A DNA stretch of 64,000 nt from an uncultured Acidobacteriota bacterium (GCA_963843575.1 CAWJKZ010000013.1:256001-320000), one strand, 5' to 3'; counted from the stretch's first letter, positions 46,249 to 57,917 are shown. Numbers and translations: made by a program. The notes: generated by a model not told the origin, from the letters alone.

Positions 46249-48529
46249 CTATTTCTCCCCGCCCGCTCGTGCTTTCTTCTCCTTCTGCTGCACGTCGCAG
46301 ACGGCGAGCGCCGTGATGTTGACGATGTCGCTGACGTCGTTGCCCGGGATAAGCAGATACACCGGTTTGCGGATTCCGAGCAGCATCGGTCCGATGGCCG
46401 TCGCTCCACCCAGTCTGGTCAGCAGCTTGTAGGCGATGTTGGCCGAGGTCAGATCGGGGCAGATCAGGGTGTTGGCGCCCTCCTTCAGCGTACTGAACGG
46501 GTAGAGTTCGTTGACGATGTCCGGCACCACGGCTGTGTCGGCCTGCATTTCGCCGTCGATCACCAGCCCCGGGGCCGCCTTCTTGACCAGGCTCACCGCC
46601 CGCTGCACCTTCTGGGCCAGGGGGTGCGGCGTGCTGCCGAAATTGCTGAACGACAGCAGGGCAATCCGGGGCTCGATGTCGAACTGGCGCACCTTCTCGG
46701 CAGTGAGCAGGGCGATTTCCGCCAGGTCCTCGGCGCTCGGTTCGATGTTGACGGTCGCGTCGCCGATGAAGAAGGTCTGATTCTTGAAGACCAGCATGTA
46801 GAGGCCCGCGATCTTGCTGACCCCGTCCCTCTTGCCGATGATCTGCAACGCCGGGCGGACCGTTTCGGGATAATGCTGGGTTAGCCCGGAAATCGAGGCC
46901 GTCCGCGTCACCGCGCCGCACCATGACCATGCCGAAGATATTGCGCGTCTTCATCTTGCGCTCGGCCTCGAACCGGGTCACGCCCTTGCGCTGACGGTCC
47001 TCGTAGTAGGTCGAGACGTACGATTCGAATTTGTCCGATTCCGCGGGCGCGATCATTTCGACCCCATCGAGGTCGAGCCCCAGGTCTGCAATCTTCTGAC
47101 GGAGCACGGCCTTGTCGCCGAGAAGGATCGGGAGGGCGATCTTCTCGTCCACGAGGATCTGGGCGGCCCGCAGGATCTTTTCCTCGTCCCCTTCCGGGAA
47201 GACGATGCGCTTGGGATGCTGCTGCGCCTTGTGAATGAAGAAGCGCATGACTTCGCGCGACTTGCCCAGCCTGGCCTCGAGCGCGTCGCGGTAGGCCTCG
47301 AAGTCCGCGATCGGCTGCCGGGCGACGCCGGAGTCAATCGCGGCCTTGGCGACTGCGGGCGCCTCCCAGAGCAGCACGCGCGGGTCGAAGGGCTTGGGGA
47401 TGATGTACTGCCGGCCGAACTCGATGCGATTGCCGCCGTAGGCGCGCAAGACGGAATCCGGTACATCCTCCTTGGCCAGGTTCGCGAGGGCGCGCACGGC
47501 GGCGATCTTCATCTGGTCGTTGATGGCCCGGGCGCGCACGTCGAGTGCGCCACGGAAGATGAACGGGAACCCGAGAACGTTGTTCACCTGGTTCGGGTAA
47601 TCCGAGCGGCCGGTGGCGATTATCACGTCGGGACGCGCCTGGGTGGCATCCTCGTAAGTGATCTCCGGGTCCGGGTTGGCCATCGCAAACACGATGGGAT
47701 CGTCCGCCATCGTACGCACCATCTCCCCCGTGACGATTCCCTTTGCGGAGACCCCGCAAAACACATCCGCCCCCTTCAGCGCGTCGGCGAGGGTGCGCGC
47801 CTCGGTGTCCTGCGCGAAATACTCCTTGTAGGGATTCATCCCTTCGCTGCGCCCCTTGAACACGACCCCTTTCGTGTCGACCAGGGTGACGTTCTCGTGC
47901 CTGACCCCGAGCTGCTCGTACAACTTGGCGCAGGCGATGCCAGCCGCGCCGGCTCCGCTGAAGACGACCCGAACCTGCTCGATCTTCTTGCCGACGATCT
48001 CGACGGCGTTCAGGAGGGCAGCCCCGCTGATGATCGCCGTGCCGTGCTGGTCGTCGTGGAACACGGGGATGTTCATCAGGCTCTTGAGCTTTTCTTCGAT
48101 GTAGAAGCACTCCGGGGCCTTGATGTCCTCCAGGTTGATGCCGCCGAACGTGGGTTCGAGCAGCAGGACGGCCTTGATGATGTCGTCCGGGTCGTGGGAG
48201 TTCAGCTCGATATCGAAAACGTCCACGTCGGCGAAGCGCTTGAACAGGACCCCTTTGCCTTCCATGACAGGCTTGCCGGCCAGCGGGCCAATGTCGCCCA
48301 GGCCGAGCACGGCGGTGCCGTTGGACACCACGGCTACCAGGTTCCCCTTCGAGGTGTACAGGTAGGCGTCGTCCGGGTTCGCCGCGATTGCCAGGCACGG
48401 CTCGGCGACCCCGGGAGTGTAGGCCAGCGACAGGTCGCGTTGAGTCTGGCAGGGTTTTGTGGCGACGACTTCGATCTTTCCCCGCCGGCCTTGTGAATGA
48501 TAGTCAAGCGCATCTTGTTTGCGGATCAT
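46249..48529 (-). CDS. maeB: NADP-dependent malic enzyme with PTA-like domain (apparent frameshift at ~46890)
   Basis: [43 protein letters not shown]; DGEMQAD in ORF 46249..46911. Confidence 0.95.
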
Positions 48530-48609
48530 GGCGGTATACCTCTCGAGATGGTGGACGAACCAGGGGCAGACAATTCACCATACTCCCTTCGCGCCATCCA
48601 TTTCAATCT

Positions 48610-48710
48610 GGAGTGCGGCGCCTCGGCGCCGCTTTCCCCTTGCGTCCCGCGGCCGAAATTTCCGGCGCCCGGACGCCCCCCCAAGAGACGGCGTCGAGTC
48701 GCCGCACTCC
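48610..48710. repeat. REP-like inverted pair in the maeB/lactate permease intergenic region
   Basis: GGAGTGCGGCG...CGCCGCACTCC. Confidence 0.8.
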
Positions 48711-48767
48711 CACGAGTTTCAAACATCCTTGACGCGGCCGCCATCGTCAGTTTATGGTCGCCAGACC

Positions 48768-50373
48768 ATGTGGCAACAGACCTATACCCCCCTGGCCGGC
48801 AGCCTGGCCCTGTCCACTCTTGTGGCTGCGCTCCCCATCTTCGTTCTCCTGTACCTGCTCGGCGTCCGCCGCACCGCGTCGTGGATGGCTGCGCTCGCCG
48901 GACTCGGGTCGGCAGGCCTGGTCGCCGTGTTCGCGTACGGGATGCCGTTCCGCAACGTCGTCGCATCCGCCGCCTACGGTGGCGCATTCGGGCTCTTCCC
49001 GATCGGCTGGATCGTCTTCTGGGCCATCATCCTGTACCGCATCACGGTCACGACTGGGAAGTTCGAAATCCTGAAGTCGTCGGTCGGGAGCCTGACGGAC
49101 GACCCGCGCCTGCAGGCGCTGCTGATCGCGTTTGCGTTCGGCGCCTTCATCGAGGGGGCTGCCGGATTCGGGACGCCCGTTGCCGTCGCAGCCGCCATGC
49201 TTGCGGGGTTGGGCTTCACGCCGTTCTATGCGGCCGGCATCTGCCTGCTGGCCAACACGGCTCCCGTGGCCTTCGGGTCGATTGGGATTCCCGTCGTCAC
49301 CCTGGCGGGAATCACGGGCCTGAATCTGATGGATCTGAGCGGCGCAGTGGGCCGCATTTGCGCCCCCGTCTCCCTCTTCGTGCCGAGCTATCTCGTGATG
49401 GTCATGAGCGGCTGGAAAGGCGTGGCGCGGCGTAATGCCGGCCGCACTGCTCTGCGGCGGCACCTTTGCCGCTGTCGCAATTCCTGGTTTCCAACTACAT
49501 CGGTCCCCAGCTCACCGACATCATCAGCTCGCTCGCCGCGCTTGGTTCCCTGGTCGTGCTGCTGAGGTTCTGGCGGCCGAAAGAACGTTTCTCGCTGGAA
49601 GGACACCGCCGGATCATCCCGGAACGTCACTCGTTCGCGCAGACGTTCGTGGCGTGGACGCCTTACTTCCTCCTGGTGCTGCTGGTGCTGATCTGGGGGC
49701 AGGAAGGGGTGCGCACGGTGCTGAATCGGGCCACGGTGCAGATCGCGTGGCCCGGCCTGCACAACGAGGTGCTCCGCGCCCAGCCGCTGGTGCCCCAGCC
49801 TTCCCCCTATCCCGCTGTTTTCACGCTGAACTGGCTTTCGGCCGCCGGCTCAGCCTGCATGTTCGCCTGCTTCCTGTCGATGCTCGCGCTGCGGGTGACC
49901 CCGCGCCAGGTTGGCGAAATATTCAAGACCACCGCACGCCAGCTGTTTCTTTCCATGGTCACCATCGCCTCGGTGCTGGCCCTGGCGTTTCTGATGAACT
50001 ATTCGGGGGCGACCGTCACCCTCGGCCTGGCTTTCGCCGCCACCGGCGTCGCTGTTCCCGTTCTTCAGCGCCCTGCTCGGGTGGCTCGGGGTCTTTCTCA
50101 CGGGCAGCGACACTTCCGCCAACGCGCTGTTCGGCAACCTCCAGGTCGTGACGGCCAACCGATTGAACCTCGACGCGGTCCTGATGGCGGCGTCAAACTC
50201 CAGCGGCGGGGTGATGGGGAAGATGATCAGCCTGCAGAGCATCGCGGTCGCGGCCGCCGCGACCGGGATGGCCGCGTCCGAGGAGTCGCGAGTTGTTCCG
50301 CTTCACCCTGCGTCACAGCATCGTGCTCGCCTCCCTGATCGGCCTCATCGTGGTGGCCTACGCCTACCTGTGA
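48768..50373 (+). CDS. lctP: L-lactate permease (several apparent frameshifts)
   Basis: [36 protein letters not shown] (shifted frame), GGVMGKMIS. Confidence 0.9.
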
Positions 50374-50678
50374 TGGGGACGGACCTGGTTAAATTGATAC
50401 AAATCAGGCGTTTATAGTCGAAATGTGACCCCCCAAACGGCCTTATTTCCATTTTTCGAGGGTATTTTCTGCAAATAAGACCGAAGCGCCGGCATCCCGG
50501 GCCTTGACCCGTCGGAGCGGCGGCTTAAAATGAGTTTTCTGGCCCAAAAAGCTGAAATAAGCCCCGTTTTGGACTGCATCTTTCCCGCAATCTATTGCAG
50601 TACAAAAGATTCGCCGGGTCCGTCCCCGAGGTTGACGCGCACCGCAGCGCACCGTAAAATTGTTCGTTTGGCCTCCAC

Positions 50679-53481
50679 ATGCTAGACAAGATAGAGGTGC
50701 GCGGCGCGCGCCAGCACAACCTGAAAAACATCAGCCTCGACATCCCGCGGCACAAACTGACCGTCGTCACGGGGCTATCCGGCTCGGGCAAGTCAAGCCT
50801 CGCCTTCGACACCATATACGCCGAGGGGCAGCGCCGGTATATCGAGTCGCTCTCCGCCTACGCGCGCCAGTTTCTCGAGCAGATGGAGAAGCCGGACGTC
50901 GACAGCGTCGCCGGGCTGTCGCCGGCAATCAGCATCGAGCAGAAGACGACCAGCCGGAGTCCGCAGATCTACGGTCGGGACCGTCACCGAGATCTACGAC
51001 TACATGCGGCTGCTTTTCGCTTCCATCGGCAAGCCGCACTGCCACATCTGCGGACGGCCGATATCGCACCAGAAGCTCGACCAGATCGTCGACGCGATCG
51101 CAGCCTACCCGCAAGACACGCGGGTCATGATCCTGGCCCCCGTGGTCCGCGACCGCAAGGGGGAGTTCAAAAAGCTTTTCGAGAAGTACGTCAAGAAAGG
51201 ATACGTCCGGGTGCGTGTCGACGGGCGGATTTACGATCTCGAAGAGCAGATCCCGCTCTCGAAGACGCGCAACCACACGGTCGAGGTGATCGTCGACCGC
51301 GTCCTCATCAAGCCGGGCATCCGGCGCCGGCTCGAGATGTCCGTCAAGGCGGCGATGCAATTGGCCGAGGGGCTCGTCTCGGTCGCCGCCGTCGACATCG
51401 AGGAGAAGCTGTTCTCGGAGCGGCAGGCCTGCATCGACTGCGGGGTCAGCATCCCGACGCTCGAGCCGCGCTCGTTTTCCTTCAACTCGAAGCACGGCGC
51501 GTGCCCGGAGTGCGACGGCATGGGGACCAGCATGGTGCTCAACCCCGCGAGCCTCGTCCGCGACCCGGGCCAGCCCGTCGGGTCGCTGGAATTCGCGATC
51601 GAGAATCCCAGGGTCAGCGGCTACCTGCGCGATTCGCTCGCGACCATCGCCCGCCATTTCAAGTGTGACCCCGGCACCCCTTTCAACAAGCTGCCGGAGC
51701 GGGCCCGGCAGGCGCTGCTGCACGGCACCGACGAGCCCATTACCCACTATTTCGGCGATTTCGGGTACACCGCCGAATTCCGCGGGATCGTCCCGTGGCT
51801 CGAGGCCGTGTGCCGAGACGAAGGGAACCCGAAGCTGCAGGAGGAGGTGTCCTCCCTGTTTTCGATTCAGGAATGCCCGGTCTGCGGCGGTTCGAGGTTG
51901 CGCCCGGAAAGCCGCGCCGTGCGCCTCAACGGCATGACCATCTCGGAGTTTGCCCGAGCCCCGCTCGAGAGCGCACTGCGGGCGTTCCAGCGCCTCAAAT
52001 TGACGGACCGCGAGGAGGAGATCGCTGGCCGGATCATGGCCGAGATATGCGAGCGGCTGCAGTTCCTGCTCAACGTCGGCGTCGGATACCTGTCGCTCGA
52101 CCGGCCTGCGGCCTCGCTGTCCGGCGGGGAAGGGCAGCGGATCCGGCTGGCCACCCAGATCGGTTCCAGGCTGCGCGGCGTCCTCTACGTCCTCGACGAA
52201 CCTTCCATCGGACTTCACCCGCGCGACAACCGGCGCCTGCTCGACACCCTGGCAGAGCTGCGGGACCTGGGGAACACCATCCTCGTCGTCGAACACGACG
52301 AGGAGACGATCCGCAGCGCCGACCACGTCGTCGATCTGGGGCCCGGCGCCGGCCGAGCGGGCGGCGAGGTCGTCGTGGCGGGAACCGTGGACGAGGTGCA
52401 GCGGAGCGCCCCGTCGCTCACCGGTCAGTATCTCAGCGGCCGCCTCCGGATCGAGTACCCGTCGCGGCGGCGCAAGGGAAACGGGAAACGGCTGGTCGTC
52501 AAGGGGGCCCGTCACCACAACCTGCAGGACCTCACGGTCGAGTTTCCCCTCGGCTTGTTCATCTGCGTCACCGGCGTCTCGGGCTCGGGCAAGTCCTCCC
52601 TGGTCGACGACATACTGTTCAAGACGCTCAGCCGCAAGCTGCACCACGCCCTGTGCGAACCCGGGGCACACGACGAGATCGTCGGGCTGGAACACCTCGA
52701 CAAGGTCATCGAGATCGATCAGTCCCCCATCGGGAGAACCCCCAGATCGAATCCCGCGACCTACACCGGCCTCTTCGCCCCTATCCGGGAGCTCTTCGCG
52801 ATGCTCCCGGATTCGCGCATCCGCGGCTACAGGCCCGGACGGTTCAGCTTCAACGTCAAGGGCGGACGGTGCGAGACCTGCCAGGGTGACGGGCTGCGGC
52901 GGATCGAAATGAACTTCCTGCCCGATGTGTACGTGCTGTGCGAGACCTGCCGGGGAAAGCGATACAACCACGAAACCTTGACCGTGAAGTACAAGGGGTA
53001 CTCGATCGCCGACCTTCTGGAGATGAATATCAGCGACGCCCAGTCCCTTCTGGAGAATATTCCACCCATCGTGCAGAAACTGCAGACTCTCAACGACGTG
53101 GGGCTGGGTTACGTGCAGCTTGGCCAGCCCGCCACTACGCTCTCGGGGGGCGAGGCGCAGCGCGTCAAGCTCGCCAGGGAACTCAGCCGCCGCGCCACGG
53201 GGCGCACCCTCTACATCCTGGACGAGCCCACGACCGGGCTGCATTTCCACGATGTGAAGAAGCTGCTGGACATCCTCAACAGCCTGGTCGATCTCGGGAA
53301 CAGCGTCGTCGTGATCGAACACAACCTCGATGTCATCAAGATGGCCGATTGGATCATCGACCTCGGCCCCGAGGGGGGCGAGCACGGCGGACGTGTCGTG
53401 GCGGCCGGGAACCCGGAACGCGTGGCGCGTGTCAAATCTTCCGCCACGGGCCAGGCCCTCCGCCGCGTCCTCGTCCAGTAA
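50679..53481 (+). CDS. uvrA: Excinuclease ABC subunit A (apparent frameshift at ~50965)
   Basis: [55 protein letters not shown]. Confidence 0.97.
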
Positions 53482-53487
53482 GAGGGA

Positions 53488-53515
53488 GTGGGCGGGGGCG
53501 GCCCGCCCCCGCCCC
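53488..53515. repeat. Second REP-like GC hairpin family (GTGGGCGGGGGCGG...)
   Basis: 11-bp stem with GCC loop; copies at 58296-58322 and, inverted, 63683-63708, each just after a stop codon. Confidence 0.72.
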
Positions 53516-53532
53516 GACAAGCCGAAACATAC

Positions 53533-54177
53533 CTACGTCAAAGCCAGGTCCGCGACGGTCACATCGGCGATCGTGCGGCGGACCAGGTCGGCGTGGGAGA
53601 GCAGCTCGGCGGGAAAGGTCTGGGCGACGGCGACGCAACGCATCCCTGCAGCCTTGGCGGCATCAACGCCGTTGACCGCGTCCTCCACCACGGTGCAGCG
53701 CGCCGGCTGGAGTTTCAGCCGCGCGGCGGCGGTCAGGAAGAGGTCCGGGGCCGGCTTTCTTCGTGTTACGTCGAAGGCCGTGACCACCGCGTCCCAGGTT
53801 TCCGGCGGAAGCCCGATCCTGCGGAGGTTGGCCTCGATTTTGACCGGGTCGGCGCTCGAGGCGACCGCGGTCTTCAAGCCGGCCTCGCGGCAGAGCTGCA
53901 CCAGTTCCCGGGCGCCGGGGAAGGCGCGGAGGTGGTCGGGCACCAGACCGAGGTATATCTCGTACGTCCTGCGCTTCGCCTCCGGGAGATCGATGCCAAA
54001 GGCATACCTCTCTGCGACCCCGCCGATATAGCGGTTCTCCCCGGCGCCGACGAAGGGGAGGAAATCCTCGGGCCGGACCGCAAGCCCCTTCTCCGCAAAC
54101 ATCTCGATGGCGGCCCGATTGATGAGGGGCTCCGAATCTGTCAGAACCCCGTCCATGTCGAAAATGACACCCGTCAT
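53533..54177 (-). CDS. HAD-family phosphatase (beta-phosphoglucomutase-like)
   Basis: FDMDGVL.DSE, VASS, KPAPD, VEDA..G. Confidence 0.9.
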   Translation of the reverse strand: MTGVIFDMDGVLTDSEPLINRAAIEMFAEKGLAVRPEDFLPFVGAGENRYIGGVAERYAFGIDLPEAKRRTYEIYLGLVPDHLRAFPGARELVQLCREAGLKTAVASSADPVKIEANLRRIGLPPETWDAVVTAFDVTRRKPAPDLFLTAAARLKLQPARCTVVEDAVNGVDAAKAAGMRCVAVAQTFPAELLSHADLVRRTIADVTVADLALT

Positions 54178-54347
54178 AAGCAATGCAGCGCCTCCCGCCC
54201 GGACTTTATACGCAACCTCGGCACGTCTGCACGAGAATTCGAAACACGCGGAATCTCGCAAGTGCGGCCGCGTTCCGCTCGCGTTCTCAGGCCCGAACAC
54301 CCGGCGCCTCGGAGCCACACGGGAATGGCGCCAAATTCAGTTCGCCA

Positions 54348-54385
54348 TTGACAGACACCGAATAATGGATTAAAAGGTCTATTAT
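54348..54385 (+). promoter_or_regulatory. Sigma70-type promoter with overlapping palindromic operator for the Rrf2 operon
   Basis: TTGACA-17 nt-TAAAAG; imperfect inverted repeat ATAATGGATT-AAAA-GGTCTATTAT at 54362-54385. Confidence 0.6.
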
Positions 54386-54842
54386 GTTATTTTCAAGGCC
54401 GGCCGAATACGCTGTCCGCGCCATGACCTTCCTCGCGACCCTCCCGGCAGGCCGCCTCGCCGGCGCTCGGGAAATCTCCGAGGCGGAACGCATCCCCATG
54501 CCCTTCCTCTGGAAAATCCTCCACTCGCTCGCCCGCCGCAAACTCGTCCGCTCCTTCAAGGGCGTGCACGGCGGATATGAACTCGCCCTGCCCTCCGACC
54601 AGATCACCATCGACATGCTCCTTGAGGCGGTCGACAGCAAAGACCGGTTCGGCAGCTGCGTCCTCGGCCTTCCCCGCTGCGGCGAGGAAAACGCCTGCCC
54701 GCTGCACGAGACCTGGCAGCAGTTGCGGGCCCGCATGGCGGCCATGCTCGAAGACAACACCCTTGCCGACCTCGCCCGCATCACCGCGGCACGGACTGCG
54801 GCGCGCAAAGACACCACGATCACCGACCGAGTCGACCATTGA
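54384..54842 (+). CDS. Rrf2-family transcriptional regulator
   Basis: EYAVRAM, FLWKIL, S.KG.HGGY.L, CVLG...C.....CPLH. Confidence 0.92.
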   Translation: MLFSRPAEYAVRAMTFLATLPAGRLAGAREISEAERIPMPFLWKILHSLARRKLVRSFKGVHGGYELALPSDQITIDMLLEAVDSKDRFGSCVLGLPRCGEENACPLHETWQQLRARMAAMLEDNTLADLARITAARTAARKDTTITDRVDH

Positions 54843-54858
54843 CCATGGAGGTACTGTA

Positions 54859-55431
54859 ATGGAATTCGCCACCCAAACCCTGCGGCGTGAACACGAGGCC
54901 ATACTGGAAATGCTCGCAGTCGCCGCCGAACTCGCGTCGCGCCTCGAAGAGGGAACCCCCGTCCCCGCCGAGCAGCTGCGCGACACGATCGAGTTCTTCA
55001 CGGTCTTCGCCGACCGCTGCCACCACGCCAAGGAAGAGGAGCTGCTTTTCCCGGCCCTCGAACAGAAAGGCATGCCGCGCGCGGGAGGCCCCATCGCCGT
55101 CATGCTTCACGAGCACGATGTCGGCAGGGCCGCCGTCCGCCGCATGAGCGCCGCCGCCGAGGCCTATCCCGCCGATCCCGCCGCCGGTCCCGCCTGGGCC
55201 GCCGCCGCGCGCGACTACACCGCGCTGCTGCACGGCCACATCCAGAAGGAGAACAACGTCCTGTTTGTGATGGCCGAGCGGCTGCTCTCCGACGCCGAAC
55301 AGGCCAGGCTGGGTGCGGATTTCGAGACCGTCGAAGCCCTGAAGATGGGCGCCGGCACCCACGAACGACTCCACGGCCTGATCCGGAGACTGACCTCGGA
55401 AGTCCTCCCCGGGGCGAAAGACGCCCACTAG
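54859..55431 (+). CDS. Hemerythrin-like domain protein
   Basis: EH, HHAKEEELLFP, MLHEH, HIQKENNVLF; GGAGG SD. Confidence 0.9.
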   Translation: MEFATQTLRREHEAILEMLAVAAELASRLEEGTPVPAEQLRDTIEFFTVFADRCHHAKEEELLFPALEQKGMPRAGGPIAVMLHEHDVGRAAVRRMSAAAEAYPADPAAGPAWAAAARDYTALLHGHIQKENNVLFVMAERLLSDAEQARLGADFETVEALKMGAGTHERLHGLIRRLTSEVLPGAKDAH

Positions 55432-55440
55432 GAGAGCACC

Positions 55441-56524
55441 GTGGCTACCGCACCCCAGACCATGCCACGCCCCGACGCTGCCGCCCCGGCTCCTCGCGTT
55501 GCCCCGCGGAAGAAAATGCTCGTCCGCAAATCCGGCCGCGACCACTCTCAGGCGCTGCGCCTCGCCTTGCAGCTCTCGTTTCTCCTGCTGAATCTCGGGA
55601 TCGGCCTGCAGTTCTACCTGTTCGTGCGCCACTTCGAGTCTGGAGGGCAGACGCTCCGCGTCCCCCGGCCCGCCGGCGTCGAAGGCTGGCTCCCCATCGC
55701 CGGCATGATGAACCTGAGGTACTTCCTCGAGACGTGGCACGTGCCCTCGATACACCCCGCCGCCATGTTCCTGCTGGTCGCGTTCCTGCTCATGTCGTTC
55801 GTGTTCCGCAAGGCCTTCTGCGGCTGGCTCTGCCCGGTGGGGACGATCTCTGAAGGCCTCTGGAAACTGGGGCGGCGCCTGCTCAGGACCAACCTCCGGT
55901 TCCCCGGGTGGGCCGACATCCCCCTGCGCGCCGTGAAATACCTGCTCCTGTTTCTCTTCGTCTACGCGGTGGCCGGCATGTCGGCAAGGTCGGTCGCAGG
56001 CTTTCCTCGAAAGCCCGTATGGCGTCGTCGCCGACGTCAAAATGCTCAACTTCTTCCGCCACATGGGCCAGACCGCCGCCATAACCCTGGCGGCGCTCGT
56101 GGTCCTGTCCGTGCTGGTCAAGAACTTCTGGTGCCGCTACCTCTGTCCCTACGGCGCATTAATGGGGCTCGCCGCGCTCCTGAGCCCGTCCCGGATCCGC
56201 CGCGATCCGGCCCGCTGCATCGACTGCGCGAAGTGCGCCCGGGCCTGTCCCGCGCTGCTGCCGGTCGACAAGCTCGCCACCGTGCGCTCGGCCGAGTGCA
56301 TGGCCTGTCTTGAGTGCGTAGCCGTCTGCCCGGCAGACGGAGCCCTGCGCATGTCGCTCCCCCGCCGACGCGCACTCCCGGCTTGGGCGCTTGCCGCCGG
56401 GATAACGACGTTGTTCCTCGGCGTCGTTTTTGCGGCAAAGGCCACCGGCTCCTGGCAAACCCTCGTCCCCCACGATGTCTACCGCGAACTCGTCCCCAGA
56501 TCCGGCGAGTTCGGCCACCCGTAG
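55441..56524 (+). CDS. Membrane 4Fe-4S protein (YccM/NapH-like; apparent frameshift at ~56000)
   Basis: FCGWLCP, WCRYLCPYG, CIDCAKCARACP, CMACLECVAVCP. Confidence 0.88.
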
Positions 56525-56540
56525 AAACGGAAGCCCCCAT

Positions 56541-56920
56541 CGCATCGATTGAGCATTTCGATGCGGGGCAGCCGCGCCTTCCGGCTTCGGGATCCCAGCC
56601 GTCACTACGGAAGCCGGGAGCCGGGAGCCAGGGAACAGCCCTTCCGCATCGATTGAGCGTTTCGATGCGGGCAGGCGCCTTCCGGCTTCGGGATCCCAGC
56701 CGTCACTACGGAAGCCGGAAGCCGGGAGCCAGGGAACAGGCCCTTCCGCATCGATTGAGCGTTTCGATGCGGGGCAGCCGCGCCTTCCGGCTTCGGGATC
56801 CCAGCCGTCACTACGGAAGCCGGAAGCCGGGAGCCAGGGAACAGGCCCCTCCGCATCGATTGAGCATTTCGATGCGGGACGGCCCCGCCTGCCGGCTTCC
56901 GGCTTCGGGCTCCCGGCTTC
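56541..56920. repeat. Tandem array of ~104-bp units with alternating hairpins (BIME-like)
   Basis: Units start at 56541, 56645, 56747 and 56852 (partial); hairpins CGCATCGA-N9-TCGATGCG and CTTCCGGCTTC...GAAGCCGGAAG. Confidence 0.9.
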
Positions 56921-56945
56921 TGCCTCTCTTAGGTATACTGAAAGG

Positions 56946-57917
56946 ATGTCCAGATATCCGGTGGGGCCGTTTGGTGCTTCGGGGATCCGGACCTATCCGC
57001 TGAAGGATAGGCCCAGCAGGGTCGACGTCGGACGTTTCGGGAGGCCCCACACCAAGGGGGCTTCGGTCTCCGAGTTCCTCGAAGGGCTTCCTGGCATCCT
57101 TGCGGCCCAGGGGTTGCGCGATCTTGCCCACACCATCGCCGCTGCGCCCCCCGCGGGAAAACCGGTGCTGTGGGGGATGGGCGGGCACGTGATCAAGACC
57201 GGTCTTGCCCCCATCCTCATCGACCTGATGGACCGCGGTTTCGTGTCGGGTGTCGCGCTGAACGGGTCGGGAATTGTCCACGATTTCGAGATCGCCCTGG
57301 TCGGTTCCACCAGCGAGGACGTGCAGGCGCAACTCGAGCAGGGAGCCTTCGGCATGGCCGAGGAGACGGGGCAGCAGATCAACCAGGCCATCAGCGACGG
57401 GGTTGCGGACGGTCTCGGCATCGGGGAGGCGCTCGGCCGCTATCTCGCACACGCCCGGCCCCCTTTTGCGCGCCACAGCATCCTGACCGAGGCTTACCTG
57501 CGCCGCATTCCAGTCACGGTGCACGTGACCATCGGGGCAGACATCGTTCATAACCACCCTTCGTTTTCGCCCTCCGACACGGGAGAAGGCTCCTACCGCG
57601 ACTTCCGCGTTTTTGCCGGCCTCGTCGCGCGGCTCAATGGCGGGGGCGTCTACGTCAACTGCGGCTCCGCCGTGACGCTTCCGGAAGTTTTCCTGAAGTG
57701 CGTCTCGCTGGTGCGCAACTGCGGCAACGCGCTCGAGGGCTTCACGACCGCGAACCTCGACTTCGTCCAGCACTATCGCCCGACCGAAAACGTGCTGCGC
57801 CGACCGGTCGGCAAGAGCGGGCGCGGCATCGCCATCACCGGACACCACGAACTGGTCATCCCGTTGCTGGCGGCGTGGCTGGTCGAACTCTCCCCCGGAA
57901 CCCGCTCCGATGCCTGA
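56946..57917 (+). CDS. Hypothetical protein, possibly deoxyhypusine-synthase-like fold
   Basis: GGHVIKTG, NGSG.VHDFE, FGMAEETG, GSAVTLPEVFLK, GHHE. Confidence 0.65.
   Translation: MSRYPVGPFGASGIRTYPLKDRPSRVDVGRFGRPHTKGASVSEFLEGLPGILAAQGLRDLAHTIAAAPPAGKPVLWGMGGHVIKTGLAPILIDLMDRGFVSGVALNGSGIVHDFEIALVGSTSEDVQAQLEQGAFGMAEETGQQINQAISDGVADGLGIGEALGRYLAHARPPFARHSILTEAYLRRIPVTVHVTIGADIVHNHPSFSPSDTGEGSYRDFRVFAGLVARLNGGGVYVNCGSAVTLPEVFLKCVSLVRNCGNALEGFTTANLDFVQHYRPTENVLRRPVGKSGRGIAITGHHELVIPLLAAWLVELSPGTRSDA

Noticed and set aside
45512-48529. 1005-aa extended malic enzyme fusion
   Set aside because: The extension is out-of-frame read-through after the indel at ~46890. The real C-terminus is in 46249..46911.
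50374-50678. LexA/SOS box or ncRNA upstream of uvrA
   Set aside because: The region is AT-rich, but I could not identify a convincing repeat, palindrome or RNA family.
28841-53481. polA, maeB and uvrA as pseudogenes or programmed frameshifts
   Set aside because: Isolated indels with no other decay and no consistent slippery motif; sequencing error is more parsimonious.
19217-53520. Long antisense or alternate-frame ORFs (e.g. 19217..21013, 32203..34740, 44094..46409, 50929..53520)
   Set aside because: These are shadow ORFs of well-supported genes in GC-rich DNA and have no recognisable motifs.
56541-56880. CRISPR array (regularly spaced palindromic repeats)
   Set aside because: The intervening sequences are near-identical rather than unique spacers, the period is ~104 bp, and no cas genes are in the window.
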